Positions 10,601-19,482 of a DNA stretch of 48,000 nucleotides are shown here, in pieces. The notes beneath the pieces are model-generated. The model ran no database searches and was not told the origin of the DNA. It saw nothing but the letters and a program-made list of their open reading frames with translations. The translations under genes and the position numbers were made by a program. Each line of letters begins with the position of its first letter. Position 1 is the first letter of the stretch. Location of the stretch: positions 6,887,717 through 6,935,716 of the forward strand of contig AP018290.1 of the NCBI GenBank assembly GCA_002368415.1. The letters are read 5' to 3'. The stretch is from Calothrix sp. NIES-4105 (GTDB lineage Bacteria; Cyanobacteriota; Cyanobacteriia; Cyanobacteriales; Nostocaceae).

Positions 10601-11762
10601 TATTTCTGAGGTCAATTTTGTCTTGTCCCTTGACAAAATCAGTTACGACATCTTGGTTTTGGGTAAAAGAAGAGCCACTAAAATACTCTAAAACAAATTG
10701 GTCATTACCAGCACCACCATAGAGAGTGTCAGAACCATATCCTCCGAATAACCTATCATCACCCTGTTCGCCAAATAAACGGTCGTTACCAGCATTACCT
10801 TGGAGAGTATCATTACCCAAACCGCCAAACAAATCATCATTATTATTAGTACCTGATAGGGTATCATTCACAACCGCAGCATTGAAATTGAAATCGCTTG
10901 CTTGCAGTTGGCTTTGACTAATCCCATTGAGTTTGAGTTGATAATAATAATTACCGCTGTCTAGGTTATAGCGGACGGTAATTAAAGCATTACCATCTGG
11001 GTCATCCTTCAGTAAAGTTAGGATGGTATTGTAGTCACTAATGCCAATATTTCTAACATCAATTTTGTCTTGTCCTTTGACAAAATCAGTTACGACATCT
11101 TGGTTTTGGGTAAAAGAAGAGCCACTGAAATACTCTAAAACAAATTGGTCATTACCAGCACCACCATAGAGAGTATCAGAACCATATCCTCCGAATAACC
11201 TGTCATCACCCTGTTCACCAAATAAACGGTCGTTACCAGCATTACCTTGGAGAGTATCATTACCCAAACCGCCAAACAAATCATCATTATCATTAGTACC
11301 TGATAGGGTATCATTCACAACCGCAGTATTGAAATTGAAATCGCTAGCTTGCAGTTGGCTTTGACTAATCCCATTAAGTTTAAGTTGATAATAATAATTA
11401 CCGTCGTTTAGGTTATAGCGGACGGTAATTAAAGCATTGGCATCTGGGTCATCCTTCAGTAAAGCTAGGATTGTATTGTAGTCACTAATGCCAATCTTTC
11501 TAACATCAATTTTGTCTTGTCCTTTGACAAAATCAGTTACTAAATCTTGGTTTTGGGTAAAAGAAGAGCCATTGAAATACTCTAAAACAAATTGGTCATT
11601 ACCAGCACCACCAGTTAAGGTATCACTGCCGCTACCCCCCTCTAAACTATCATCTCCACCTCCTCCGGAAAGTGAATCATTACCTCCTAAGCCTTGAATC
11701 GTATCATTTCCAGTAGTCCCTATTAAATTATCGTTATTGTCACTTCCTAGAATATTTGCCAT
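7668..11762 (-). CDS. RTX-type Ca-binding protein (1,364 aa) with 5 tandem 149-aa modules, two Calx-beta-like domains and C-terminal RTX repeats.
   Basis: This ORF is in the track. It has GGxGxD nonapeptides throughout. The modules contain 'DF.KGQDKID.R.IGISD' (T1SS-substrate-like). 'VNYNVAGSAVFNTDYTQ..GTITFAAG...' and 'VQYATTNGTAIAGSDYTSANGTLTFNSGETSK' are Calx-beta signatures. Confidence 0.85.
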   Translation of the reverse strand: MANILGSDNNDNLIGTTGNDTIQGLGGNDSLSGGGGDDSLEGGSGSDTLTGGAGNDQFVLEYFNGSSFTQNQDLVTDFVKGQDKIDVRKIGISDYNTILALLKDDPDANALITVRYNLNDGNYYYQLKLNGISQSQLQASDFNFNTAVVNDTLSGTNDNDDLFGGLGNDTLQGNAGNDRLFGEQGDDRLFGGYGSDTLYGGAGNDQFVLEYFSGSSFTQNQDVVTDFVKGQDKIDVRNIGISDYNTILTLLKDDPDGNALITVRYNLDSGNYYYQLKLNGISQSQLQASDFNFNAAVVNDTLSGTNNNDDLFGGLGNDTLQGNAGNDRLFGEQGDDRLFGGYGSDTLYGGAGNDQFVLEYFSGSSFTQNQDVVTDFVKGQDKIDLRNIGISDYNTILTLLKDDPDGNALITVRYNLNDGNYYYQLKLNGISQSQLQASDFNFNTAVVNDTLSGTNDNDDLFGGLGNDTLQGNAGNDRLFGEQGDDRLFGGYGSDTLYGGAGNDQFVLEYFSGSSFTQNQDVVTDFVKGQDKIDLRNIGISDYNTILTLLKDDPDGNALITVRYNLNDGNYYYQLKLNGISQSQLQASDFNFNTAVVDDTKSGTNDNDDLFGGLGNDTLQGNDGNDRLFGEQGDDRLFGGYNSDTLYGGAGNDQFVLEYFSGSSFTQNQDVVTDFVKGQDKIDLRNIGISDYNTILTLTSNDSAGNALITTRYNLNDGNYYYQLKLNGISQSQLQASDFNFNAAVVNDTKSGTNNNDDLFGGLGNDTLQGNAGDDRLFGEQGDDRLLGGTGNDTLYGGADNDIAVYLGNRSQYQITNNGGVYTVSDTVANRDGRDNLYNIERIQFSDQTITLDVPPSITLALSPSSVLEDGATNLLYTFTRTGSTTNTLTVNYNVAGSAVFNTDYTQTGAASFTATTGTITFAAGASTAVLSIDPTADTTIEGNETLGITVATGSGYIVSTTSAVTGTITNDDTSAITINLSNNQTIVEGLTSPQQATYTVSLSQASTQAITVQYATTNGTAIAGSDYTSANGTLTFNSGETSKVINIPILNNSTNEANETFTLRLSSPTNAILGTTSSVITTITDTLSAAVTTTLPINVENLTLTGTAAIDGTGNAGDNILQGNSANNTLTGGAGNDTYAFVANSVLGIDRIVETATGNTDTIDFSGTTVGVRLNLGVTTQQTVNANLKLILSGNNVIENARGSSLSDRLTGNSLNNYLIGDSGNDQLQGLAGNDTLWGGLGNDILAGGAGQDKYLFQGSGAFTSALGVDYITNFDAGQDLIVLSKATFTAITNSAGQALTDFAVVNDDEFVNGSNASIVFSQGSGSLFYNQDRSLLGANKVFEFASLGNADITLTGSNFSLVP
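9380..11700. repeat. Five tandem copies of a 447-bp (149-codon) unit inside the CDS.
   Basis: Antisense shadow ORFs at 9385, 9832 and 10726 are spaced 447 and 894 bp apart with near-identical peptides. The string 'GGAGNDQFVLEYF.GSSFTQNQD' occurs five times in the protein. Confidence 0.9.
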
Positions 11763-12523
11763 AGTTATACCTTGTCCATAAATGATGTGTGACCAAACCC
11801 AAAAGCTGTCAGTCCGTAAGCATGATGAAATAACTAGAAGTAAATTTGCTCCAATGGCAAGCTTTTACTTTTAGTCACAACAATATATTGGTATTAAATT
11901 ATACCCAGCACAAGTCAGAACCGTCATTCTGAGCGTAGCTTGACAAAAGTTCAGTTTCTATCCGTGGAAAGCAGTGTCTAAAGTTTTCACGAGCGAATAA
12001 AAATCTAGAATAAATACTTAAGTAGACTAAAACTTATTATACAGATTGTTTTCGGCAATTTCGGGAATTTGGGGCGCCCTTACGGTAAAGATATAATGAA
12101 GATTCGTTGCAATACTGCAAGGGATAGCTTTTTTTGGCATCCTAAACAACGATTCTATAAGGGTTTCAGCCTACTAACTTAATCAAGTATAATTTATTGC
12201 TTCTGGCTGCTTCAAATGCGGCGCCTATCAAATTAATTTACAAAGCGCTGAGGTAACAAAATGAATAAGATAAACCAGTATCGTCAAATAGTTAATACCA
12301 ATTTAATATGAAGCTGCAAATAATTAAATCCCCCCCTGCCCCCAATACTGGAGTACTTAGAAGGCGCCTCTATTAGAGGAGTGAATGAAGCTGCAAATAA
12401 TTAAATCCCCCCTGCCCCCCCTTAATAAGGGGGGAGTAAGAAAAATAAAGCGTATCTTCATATATAAATGGATATATAAATGGTATAAGCAAGTATGTAG
12501 CATAGCCCGAAGCGCGCCTGTAG

Positions 12524-12551
12524 GTAGGTCAGGCAAGAATGCCTAACCTAC
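12524..12551 (-). terminator. Hairpin immediately downstream of the NRPS stop codon.
   Basis: The sequence is gtaggtcaggca-agaa-tgcctaacctac, a 12-bp stem with one mismatch. An analogous hairpin (cacaggca-gga-tgcctgtg) sits beside the relic copy at 7373-7391. There is no clear U-tract. Confidence 0.4.
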
Positions 12552-12554
12552 GGG

Positions 12555-15500
12555 TTATAAGCTTTCTTCAAGTTTTTCCAACTCAGCCAACAGTAGCTCC
12601 ATCTCTTCTAGCTCTGTTTCAGAAGCCAAACACTCAACTACGCTCACAGCTAAATCAGCTATTGTTTGCTTTTCAAACAGTGTACGCAGAGGAATTTTTA
12701 CCTGTAAGGCATCTTGTATTCTAGAAATAACCTGAGTTGCTAGCAGAGAATGCCCACCCAACTCGAAGAAATTGTGGTAAACGCCAACCCTTTCAACTCT
12801 AAGGATTTCAGCCCAAATATCTGCAAGTATCTCTTCTACTGGTGTACGAGGCGCCACAAAATCCAATTCGGAGTGTGCTATCTCTTGCCTAGAAAGTGCC
12901 TTACGGTCTACCTTACCATTAGGGGTTAAAGGCAGAAATTCCAGCATCACGAAGGCTGAGGGTATCATAAACTCTGCTAGTTTCTCTTTCAAGTAACTAC
13001 GAAGTTCGCTTGTTGAAGGCGCCTCATGGTTAGGTACAATATAAGCAACTAAACGCTTATTACCTAGCTCATCTTTAACAACAACCACAGCTTCCTGCAC
13101 TTGGTTATGCTGACTTAATAAAGCCTCAATTTCTCCCAACTCAATACGGAAACCGCGAATCTTTACCTGCTGGTCAATACGACCGAGGTATTCGATATTA
13201 CTGTCAAGTAGATAACGAGCTAAATCACCTGTTTTATATAAACGTGCAGAATCTTCTTTGCTGAACGGATTAGGAATAAATTTCTCTTGAGTTAATTCTG
13301 GACGATTTAGATAACCCCTTGCTAGTCCAGCACCTCCGATGTGCAGTTCTCCAGGAACTCCGATTGGAACAGGTTGAAGGTGACGGTCGAGAATGTAAAC
13401 TTGGATATTGGCAATTGGGCGCCCGATAGGTGGTTGAGATTTACTATTGGTGCAAACAGCCGTAGTAGTACAAACTGTCGATTCAGTTGGTCCATAACCG
13501 TTTATAAAACGTCTTTCACTAGACCATTGGTTTACTAAATCAGGAGGACAAGCTTCTCCTGCCACGATGATAGTACGTAAATCTGGAAATCCTACAATCG
13601 GCATTGCAGCCAGTGCAGAGGGAGAAAGGGTAACATGAGTAATGCGCTCGTTTTGCAGCAGTTGCATTAAATTTCGTCCAGGAAGCAAAGATTCGCGCGT
13701 TCCTAAACAAAGCGTAGCTCCAGCACAAAGAGCCATGACAATTTCTGAAATTGAAGCATCGAAACTAAAAGACGCAAATTGCAGTACACGGCTATCGGGC
13801 TGAACATCAAATGTACTGATTTGTGCTTGAGCAAGGTTACATAATCCTTGATGGGCAACCAAGACACCCTTCGGTTTTCCTGTAGACCCAGAAGTATAAA
13901 TTACATAAGCTAAGTTACTTGGTTGTACATTGCTGTTGACATTAATATTGTGCTGAGAGATTAATTTCCAGTCTGTATCTAAGTCTATTATTTGCCCTGT
14001 GTATTCAGGTAAATTTGCTACTAATTGCTCTTGAGTTAATAGCACTTTTAGCTGCGAATCTGACAACATGAAACTTAATCTATCTTGGGGATATGCAGGG
14101 TCTAAGGGTACGTAAGCACCACCTGCTTTGAGAATTCCCAACAGCCCTACTATCATCTCCAAAGAACGCTCGACGCAAATACCAACCAATACATCCGGCG
14201 CCACTCCTAATGTTTGTAGATAGTGTGCCAATTGATTGGCGCGATTGTTTAATTCTCGGTAAGTTAGCTGTTCGTTTTCAAACACAACCGCCACTGCATC
14301 TGGCGCCTGTTCTACCTGTTCTTCAAACAACTGATGAATACACTTATCTTGGGGATAATCAACTTGAGTATCATTCCACTCAAAGAGCAATTGATGCAGT
14401 TCAGCAGTATTTAACATTGGTAACTGCATAACGAACTGTTGAGGATTGGCGACAATTCCTTCTAGCAAAGTCTGGAAATGCCCTGCCATCCGGTTAATGG
14501 TGGCAGCATCAAATAAATCTTTGTTATATACTAGTTCCCCATTTAATCCCGCTTCTGTTTCCTCTATTAATAAGGTTAAATCAAACTTAGCGGCGACATT
14601 CTCCATTTTAAATGGAGTCATAGTTAAATCAGGTAGTTCCAGCTTTGAAGAAGGCGCATTTTGTAATGCGAACATCACCTGAAACAAAGGTGTATAACTA
14701 AGGGAACGCTCAGGCTGAAGTAAGTCAACTAATTTTTCAAAGGGTAAATCTTGATGCTCATAGGCGCCCAATGTCATTTCTCGCACTCGTTCTAGTAACT
14801 CAACGAAAGTCGGATTGTCTTGAAGTTGAGTGCGTAATACTAAAGTATTGACAAAAAAGCCAATTAATGATTCAATCCCACTGTGGTTGCGGTTAGCGAT
14901 GGGAGAGCCAATAACTATGTCTTCCTGACCACTGTAACGTGAAAGTAAAGTAGCAAAAGCTGATAGCAAAGTCATATACAGCGTTGCTTCTGACTTTTGC
15001 GAGAGAGTTTTGAGCTTGTTCGTTAACTCCTGATTGAGTTTAAAATATTCAGTGCCACCTTGAAATGTTTGAATTGATGGGCGTGGTCGGTCGGTGGGTA
15101 ATTCTAATAGAGGTGGCGCCGCTGCTAACTGTTGGTTCCAGTAGTCGAGTTGTGTTTGTAATACTTCTCCACTTAGCCATTGTTGTTGCCAGTGAGCAAA
15201 GTCGGCATATTGAATTATCAACTCTGGCAATTGTGAAGGTTTTCCAGCAGAAAAACTTTGGTAAAGTGCAGATAACTCACTAATAAATATCCCCATTGAC
15301 CAGCCATCTGAAACAATGTGGTGCATTGTTAGTAGTAGCACATGCGATTGCTCACCCAGTCGTAGCAAAGTGACTCGCAGTAATGCACCGTTTGAAAGGT
15401 CAAAGGGTTTGTGAAGCTCGCACTGTGCTAATTGTTGTACTTGGGCAGACTGTGATTGTTCTGGTAAATGTTGTAGGTTTATTACTGGGATAGTTATATT

Positions 15501-17639
15501 AATACCGTTGCTAATAACCTGCACCGGAGAACCATTTACCATTTTGAAGGTAGTACGTAAAGCTTCATGGCGCCGCACAATTTCTTGCACAGCCATCTCT
15601 AAAGCTGCCACATTCAGCTTACCCATTAGCCGTAGAGGTTCTGGCATATTGTAAGTGGCACTTCCCCCTTCTAATTGGTCGAGGAACCACAATCTTGCTT
15701 GAGCAAAGGATAGAGGTAAATATTCGTTCCGTGGCACTGGTGTAATCTCTGGTACCTGAGCTTCCTTAGTATTGTATGAATCAATTAACTCACTCAAAGA
15801 AGCTACAGTCGGGTTCTCAAACAATTGGCGCAGTGATAAATCGATACTAAGAAGCGAGCGCAATCGGGAAATTACTTGAGTTGCTAGTAAAGAATGTCCT
15901 CCTAATTCAAAGAAGTTGTTATAAATTCCCACTTGTTTAAGATTAAGAACTTCTGCCCATAGCCGCGCGAGAATTTCTTGTGTTGGTGTAGAGGGGGGAA
16001 TAAAGTTATCAGTTTGTTCAAGGTTTGGGACGGGCAAACCACGACGGTCTATTTTACCGTTTGGAGTTAGGGGCATAGACTCTAACATTACAAATGCCCC
16101 TGGTATCATGTAATCAGGCAGCTTTTGTTTAAGAAAATTGCGTAATTCGCTCTTTTCAATTTCCTGGCTAGGCACAATATAAGCTACTAAGTACTGATTA
16201 CCAGGTTGGTCAATTGCAATCACTACCACCTGCTGCACTTGCGGGTGCTGCTGAAGTACTGCTTCTATTTCTCCTAACTCGATTCGGAAACCGCGAATCT
16301 TTACTTGGTAATCAATGCGACCAATAAATTCGATGTTGCCGTCCGGGAGATAACTAGCTTTGTCGCCTGTTTTATATAGACGGGCGCCTGCAACAGAAGA
16401 AAAGGGGTTTTTGATAAAAGCTTGCTGAGTGAGGGATTCATTGTATAAATAGCCACGTCCAACACCAACACCTCCAACATAAAGCTCTCCAGGAACTCCA
16501 ATTGAAACAGGTTTTAATTGACTATCAAGAATATATAACTGTGTATTTGATACCGGGCGCCCAATTGGCAGATTGAGTATTTCCTCTTGTGGCGCCACAT
16601 AAATCGGGTAATGAGTGACATCATCCGAACATTCGGTTGGACCGTAGGCATTCATCATCGGAACGTGCGGGTAATAGTTCAACCAGCGACGACATAGTTG
16701 TGGTGGTAAAGTTTCACCTGTTAGCAGTAACCACCGTAACTCAGATAAATTCGGTTTAGTATATCCGTCATCAATGAGTTGGAGTATCATCCGTAGCAAC
16801 GATGGTACAATCTCTAAAATCGAGATTCGCTGACGCTCTACCAATGAAAGTAACTGGGCAGGGTCTGCGGTAACTTCTGTACTGACAATCTCAACTTTTC
16901 CACCAACCAGCAGAGCTACTAAAAATTGCCATATACTTATGTCAAAAGTCTGTGCTGCTGTTTGCGCCACAATATCGGTTTGACTTAACTGTAAATCTGT
17001 CACCTTCGCATACAAATGATTGAGCATCCCGCGATGTTCGAGCATTGCTCCCTTGGGTTTTCCTGTTGACCCGGAGGTATATATTACATAAGCAAGGTTA
17101 AGAGGGGAGCAGCGTACTGGCAAGTTCTCACTTGAGTGTTCTTGATAATCTAAATCTTCAAGCCATAATACTTTATTTGTGGAATGGGCATCCAAGAGAG
17201 TTCCTGATTTAGCTGATAATATTAATGGTACTTGACTTTGTTCTAATACTTGGCGTATTCGTTCGGGTGGATGATGAGGATTTAGAGGTAAATATGCTCC
17301 ACCCGCTTTAAATATAGCCAGCATTGCCGTTAAAAAATCAATATTTCGCTCGCTATTTAAGGCAACAATTGTTTCTGCTCCCACTCCTTGCTCAACTAAA
17401 TGCCTTGCCCAACGGTTTGCACGCGCGTTTAATTGTTGATATGTTAGAGACGCGATTAATCGCGTCTGTACATCTTCAAAAATTACCGCTATTGCATTTG
17501 GACTTTGTTCTACCTGTGCTTCAAACAATTGAGGAAAACACTGGTTTAAAGGATAGTCGGCGCCAGTATTGTTCCATTCAACGAGTAATTGATGCTGTTC
17601 GGTTGCACTTAAATTAGAAAATTGCATAACTATACACAT
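12555..17639 (-). CDS. Non-ribosomal peptide synthetase with architecture (C-tail)-A-T-C-A-T plus an acidic C-terminal docking-like tail.
   Basis: Two sets of A-domain cores are present (LAYVIYTSGSTGKPKG, NAYGPTE/NGYGPTE, YKTGD, GRIDxQVKIRGFRIELGEIE, PNGK.DR). There are two PCPs (FFELGGHSLLATQVISR) and one C domain (LSFAQARLWFLDQ..MHHIVSDGWS). The N-terminus (SATEQHQLLVEWNNT) is only the last ~25 aa of a C domain. Confidence 0.95.
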   Translation of the reverse strand: MCIVMQFSNLSATEQHQLLVEWNNTGADYPLNQCFPQLFEAQVEQSPNAIAVIFEDVQTRLIASLTYQQLNARANRWARHLVEQGVGAETIVALNSERNIDFLTAMLAIFKAGGAYLPLNPHHPPERIRQVLEQSQVPLILSAKSGTLLDAHSTNKVLWLEDLDYQEHSSENLPVRCSPLNLAYVIYTSGSTGKPKGAMLEHRGMLNHLYAKVTDLQLSQTDIVAQTAAQTFDISIWQFLVALLVGGKVEIVSTEVTADPAQLLSLVERQRISILEIVPSLLRMILQLIDDGYTKPNLSELRWLLLTGETLPPQLCRRWLNYYPHVPMMNAYGPTECSDDVTHYPIYVAPQEEILNLPIGRPVSNTQLYILDSQLKPVSIGVPGELYVGGVGVGRGYLYNESLTQQAFIKNPFSSVAGARLYKTGDKASYLPDGNIEFIGRIDYQVKIRGFRIELGEIEAVLQQHPQVQQVVVIAIDQPGNQYLVAYIVPSQEIEKSELRNFLKQKLPDYMIPGAFVMLESMPLTPNGKIDRRGLPVPNLEQTDNFIPPSTPTQEILARLWAEVLNLKQVGIYNNFFELGGHSLLATQVISRLRSLLSIDLSLRQLFENPTVASLSELIDSYNTKEAQVPEITPVPRNEYLPLSFAQARLWFLDQLEGGSATYNMPEPLRLMGKLNVAALEMAVQEIVRRHEALRTTFKMVNGSPVQVISNGINITIPVINLQHLPEQSQSAQVQQLAQCELHKPFDLSNGALLRVTLLRLGEQSHVLLLTMHHIVSDGWSMGIFISELSALYQSFSAGKPSQLPELIIQYADFAHWQQQWLSGEVLQTQLDYWNQQLAAAPPLLELPTDRPRPSIQTFQGGTEYFKLNQELTNKLKTLSQKSEATLYMTLLSAFATLLSRYSGQEDIVIGSPIANRNHSGIESLIGFFVNTLVLRTQLQDNPTFVELLERVREMTLGAYEHQDLPFEKLVDLLQPERSLSYTPLFQVMFALQNAPSSKLELPDLTMTPFKMENVAAKFDLTLLIEETEAGLNGELVYNKDLFDAATINRMAGHFQTLLEGIVANPQQFVMQLPMLNTAELHQLLFEWNDTQVDYPQDKCIHQLFEEQVEQAPDAVAVVFENEQLTYRELNNRANQLAHYLQTLGVAPDVLVGICVERSLEMIVGLLGILKAGGAYVPLDPAYPQDRLSFMLSDSQLKVLLTQEQLVANLPEYTGQIIDLDTDWKLISQHNINVNSNVQPSNLAYVIYTSGSTGKPKGVLVAHQGLCNLAQAQISTFDVQPDSRVLQFASFSFDASISEIVMALCAGATLCLGTRESLLPGRNLMQLLQNERITHVTLSPSALAAMPIVGFPDLRTIIVAGEACPPDLVNQWSSERRFINGYGPTESTVCTTTAVCTNSKSQPPIGRPIANIQVYILDRHLQPVPIGVPGELHIGGAGLARGYLNRPELTQEKFIPNPFSKEDSARLYKTGDLARYLLDSNIEYLGRIDQQVKIRGFRIELGEIEALLSQHNQVQEAVVVVKDELGNKRLVAYIVPNHEAPSTSELRSYLKEKLAEFMIPSAFVMLEFLPLTPNGKVDRKALSRQEIAHSELDFVAPRTPVEEILADIWAEILRVERVGVYHNFFELGGHSLLATQVISRIQDALQVKIPLRTLFEKQTIADLAVSVVECLASETELEEMELLLAELEKLEESL
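17443..17471. repeat. Palindromic dispersed repeat, in frame inside A domain 1 (encodes VQTRLIAS).
   Basis: The sequence 'gttagagacgcgattaatcgcgtctgtac' belongs to the same family as the perfect intergenic copy at 43155-43182. Confidence 0.85.
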
Positions 17640-17710
17640 TTTAAACTAAAAAATATTCTTGTTATTAGTTGGGTTATGCAAAGCCGGAACCCAACCTACA
17701 AATTTGTGAT

Positions 17711-18220
17711 TTAAACTGAAAAAATGTGAGTGAAGGATAATGACTTAATCGAGGAAGCTTCGTAAAGTGTCGCTATCTCCTTGATAAATTCTTCTGTAGA
17801 CCAATTACTATTAATAATGTGATGCATCACGATAAGCAGTACATGCTCTTGTTCATCAATCTGCAACAATGTAGCCCGCAGCAAAGGTTTATTGATTAAA
17901 TAAAAAGGTTGCTGAACTTCCTCAGTTGCAAGAAGCAGCACTTCGATAAGTTGCTCCTCTTGTGATAACTGGCGCCAGTCCACAACTGGTAATGTCAAAC
18001 TTAAGTAGGGAGCAGTAATTGTCCCTTTTAGCTCATCGATAATTGTAAAAGTGGTTCGTAAAGTTTCATGGCGTTGGACAATTTCATTCAGGCTTTGCTT
18101 TAATATTTCTACATTGAGTAAACCTACAAGACGAAAGGTTGTAGATATATTATGCAAACAATAAGATAATTGTTTTTCTGTCAATTCTGCCGTATCGTGA
18201 GTAGTGCAATAGTCAATCAT
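17711..18220 (-). pseudogene. Stand-alone N-terminal fragment (169 aa) of an NRPS condensation domain with a degenerate active site.
   Basis: The stretch 'LNEIVQRHETLRTTF' through 'MHHIINSNWS' covers C-domain cores C2-C3. The HHxxxDG motif has lost its Asp and Gly. The ORF ends about 25 aa later. Confidence 0.75.
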
Positions 18221-18255
18221 GATAAATATAGTTCGTGTTTAAATGTAAAAAACTG

Positions 18256-18353
18256 GCAACGGATGATGAACGGATGTAACGGATAATTGATTTTAAATAA
18301 CAAGTTTTGTTTGTAGCCAGTAACGCATCCGTTACATCCGTTGTATCCGTTGC
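18256..18353. repeat. ~98-bp MITE-like dispersed repeat with 'gcaacggat...atccgttgc' ends.
   Basis: A second copy lies in inverted orientation at 36776-36874. It is roughly 85% identical by eye. Confidence 0.75.
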
Positions 18354-18355
18354 AA

Positions 18356-19387
18356 TTATTCTTCTCTTTCTAACCAAGGAATTGGTAAAAATGACTCGAT
18401 AGTGGTTCCTTGATTTTGCTCTCTGGCAAGTTTGTAAGCTAACTGTCCTAAAGCGAGGTCAAGAACACCAAGTCCAAAGGGACTAAATATAGCAATTTTG
18501 CTGTTGTCTGGTCGTGATGGGACAACGCCGTTCAGAATATCGCCAATGGTAGCTCTAATAAAATCTCTGTTGCCTACTTGTTGTTCAGCAAGGTGAATAG
18601 ATGTTTGCGCGCGGCTTACATGGTCAACATCATCAACAATGTTATCAGCCGATAAAATAACGGATGGCGCCAAGTCTCGTAAAGAGATGTGTAAAATTAT
18701 AGTACCAGGACGGCATTTATAAATATCAGATATATGTGGTTTTGTTGCTGTTGTTGCAAAAGAAATCACCTCGCTATTTTCAAAAATTGCATGTTCGTCA
18801 GAAACAATTGCAATTTCCAATCGATTAGAAAGTTGCTGACATTTAAACTTAAATTGCTCTGCCCTTTCTAAACTCAAGTCATAAATTAATAAGGTTTTAA
18901 TATTAGGGCAAGTAGTTAAAAGAAAACGAACGGTTTCAAAATTAATTAATCCAGTCCCAATTAATCCCAATGTGGTTACTGTTTGTTGACCTCGTAACGA
19001 TTGAGCAGCAATTGCCGCACTGGCAGCAGTGCGTTTTGCACTGATAACAGAACTTTCCATTATTGCTTGTGCATGACCCGTTTGCGCTGAATTTAGAATT
19101 AAAACAGCCGAAGCTCGTTCCATCCCCAAAGCTAGATTACCTGGAAAAGAAGCAATCCATTTGATACCTGCTGTATTCACTCCACCACCTAAGTAAGCAG
19201 GCAAAGCAATAATTCTGTCTTTTTCATTATTCGGGAAACGTAAAAAGTTAGAATGAGGCAAACAGCTATCACCTTGAGCATGTATTTGATAAGCTGATTT
19301 TACAGCTTGTAATATTTCCTGGTCACGGTTTTTGAATAGTGTAATAATTTCATCGCCTTTTAAGAAGAGAATATCATCTTGATTCAT
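18356..19387 (-). CDS. sbnB: SbnB-type NAD-dependent dehydrogenase (ornithine cyclodeaminase/mu-crystallin fold), L-2,3-diaminopropionate synthesis.
   Basis: The segment 'DRIIALPAYLGGGVNTAGIKWIASFPGN...MERASAVLILNSAQTGHAQAIMESSVISAKRTAASAAIAAQSL' follows S. aureus SbnB as I recall it ('DRIIAMPSHIGG..SGIKWIGS...MERASGVIILND..T..PIAVMEASLISSMRTAAVSVIAAKHL'). A GxGxxN Rossmann motif follows. Confidence 0.75.
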   Translation of the reverse strand: MNQDDILFLKGDEIITLFKNRDQEILQAVKSAYQIHAQGDSCLPHSNFLRFPNNEKDRIIALPAYLGGGVNTAGIKWIASFPGNLALGMERASAVLILNSAQTGHAQAIMESSVISAKRTAASAAIAAQSLRGQQTVTTLGLIGTGLINFETVRFLLTTCPNIKTLLIYDLSLERAEQFKFKCQQLSNRLEIAIVSDEHAIFENSEVISFATTATKPHISDIYKCRPGTIILHISLRDLAPSVILSADNIVDDVDHVSRAQTSIHLAEQQVGNRDFIRATIGDILNGVVPSRPDNSKIAIFSPFGLGVLDLALGQLAYKLAREQNQGTTIESFLPIPWLEREE

Positions 19388-19482
19388 AGTAAAAATCCTG
19401 TTTTTTAATTGTAATTTGGTTGTGATTCGGCTGTGGTTAGTGAAAATTTAGATATTCAATTGCATTTTAAAGAGTGTGTTAA

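Noticed and set aside
8131-11697. Plus-strand ORFs of 60-80 aa (e.g. 9385, 9832, 10726, 11488) with P/S/L-rich repeats. Similar ORFs occur at 1384-1695 and 3271-3492.
   Set aside because: They are antisense shadows of the GGxGxD-repeat coding strand. Their periodicity simply copies the 447-bp repeat.
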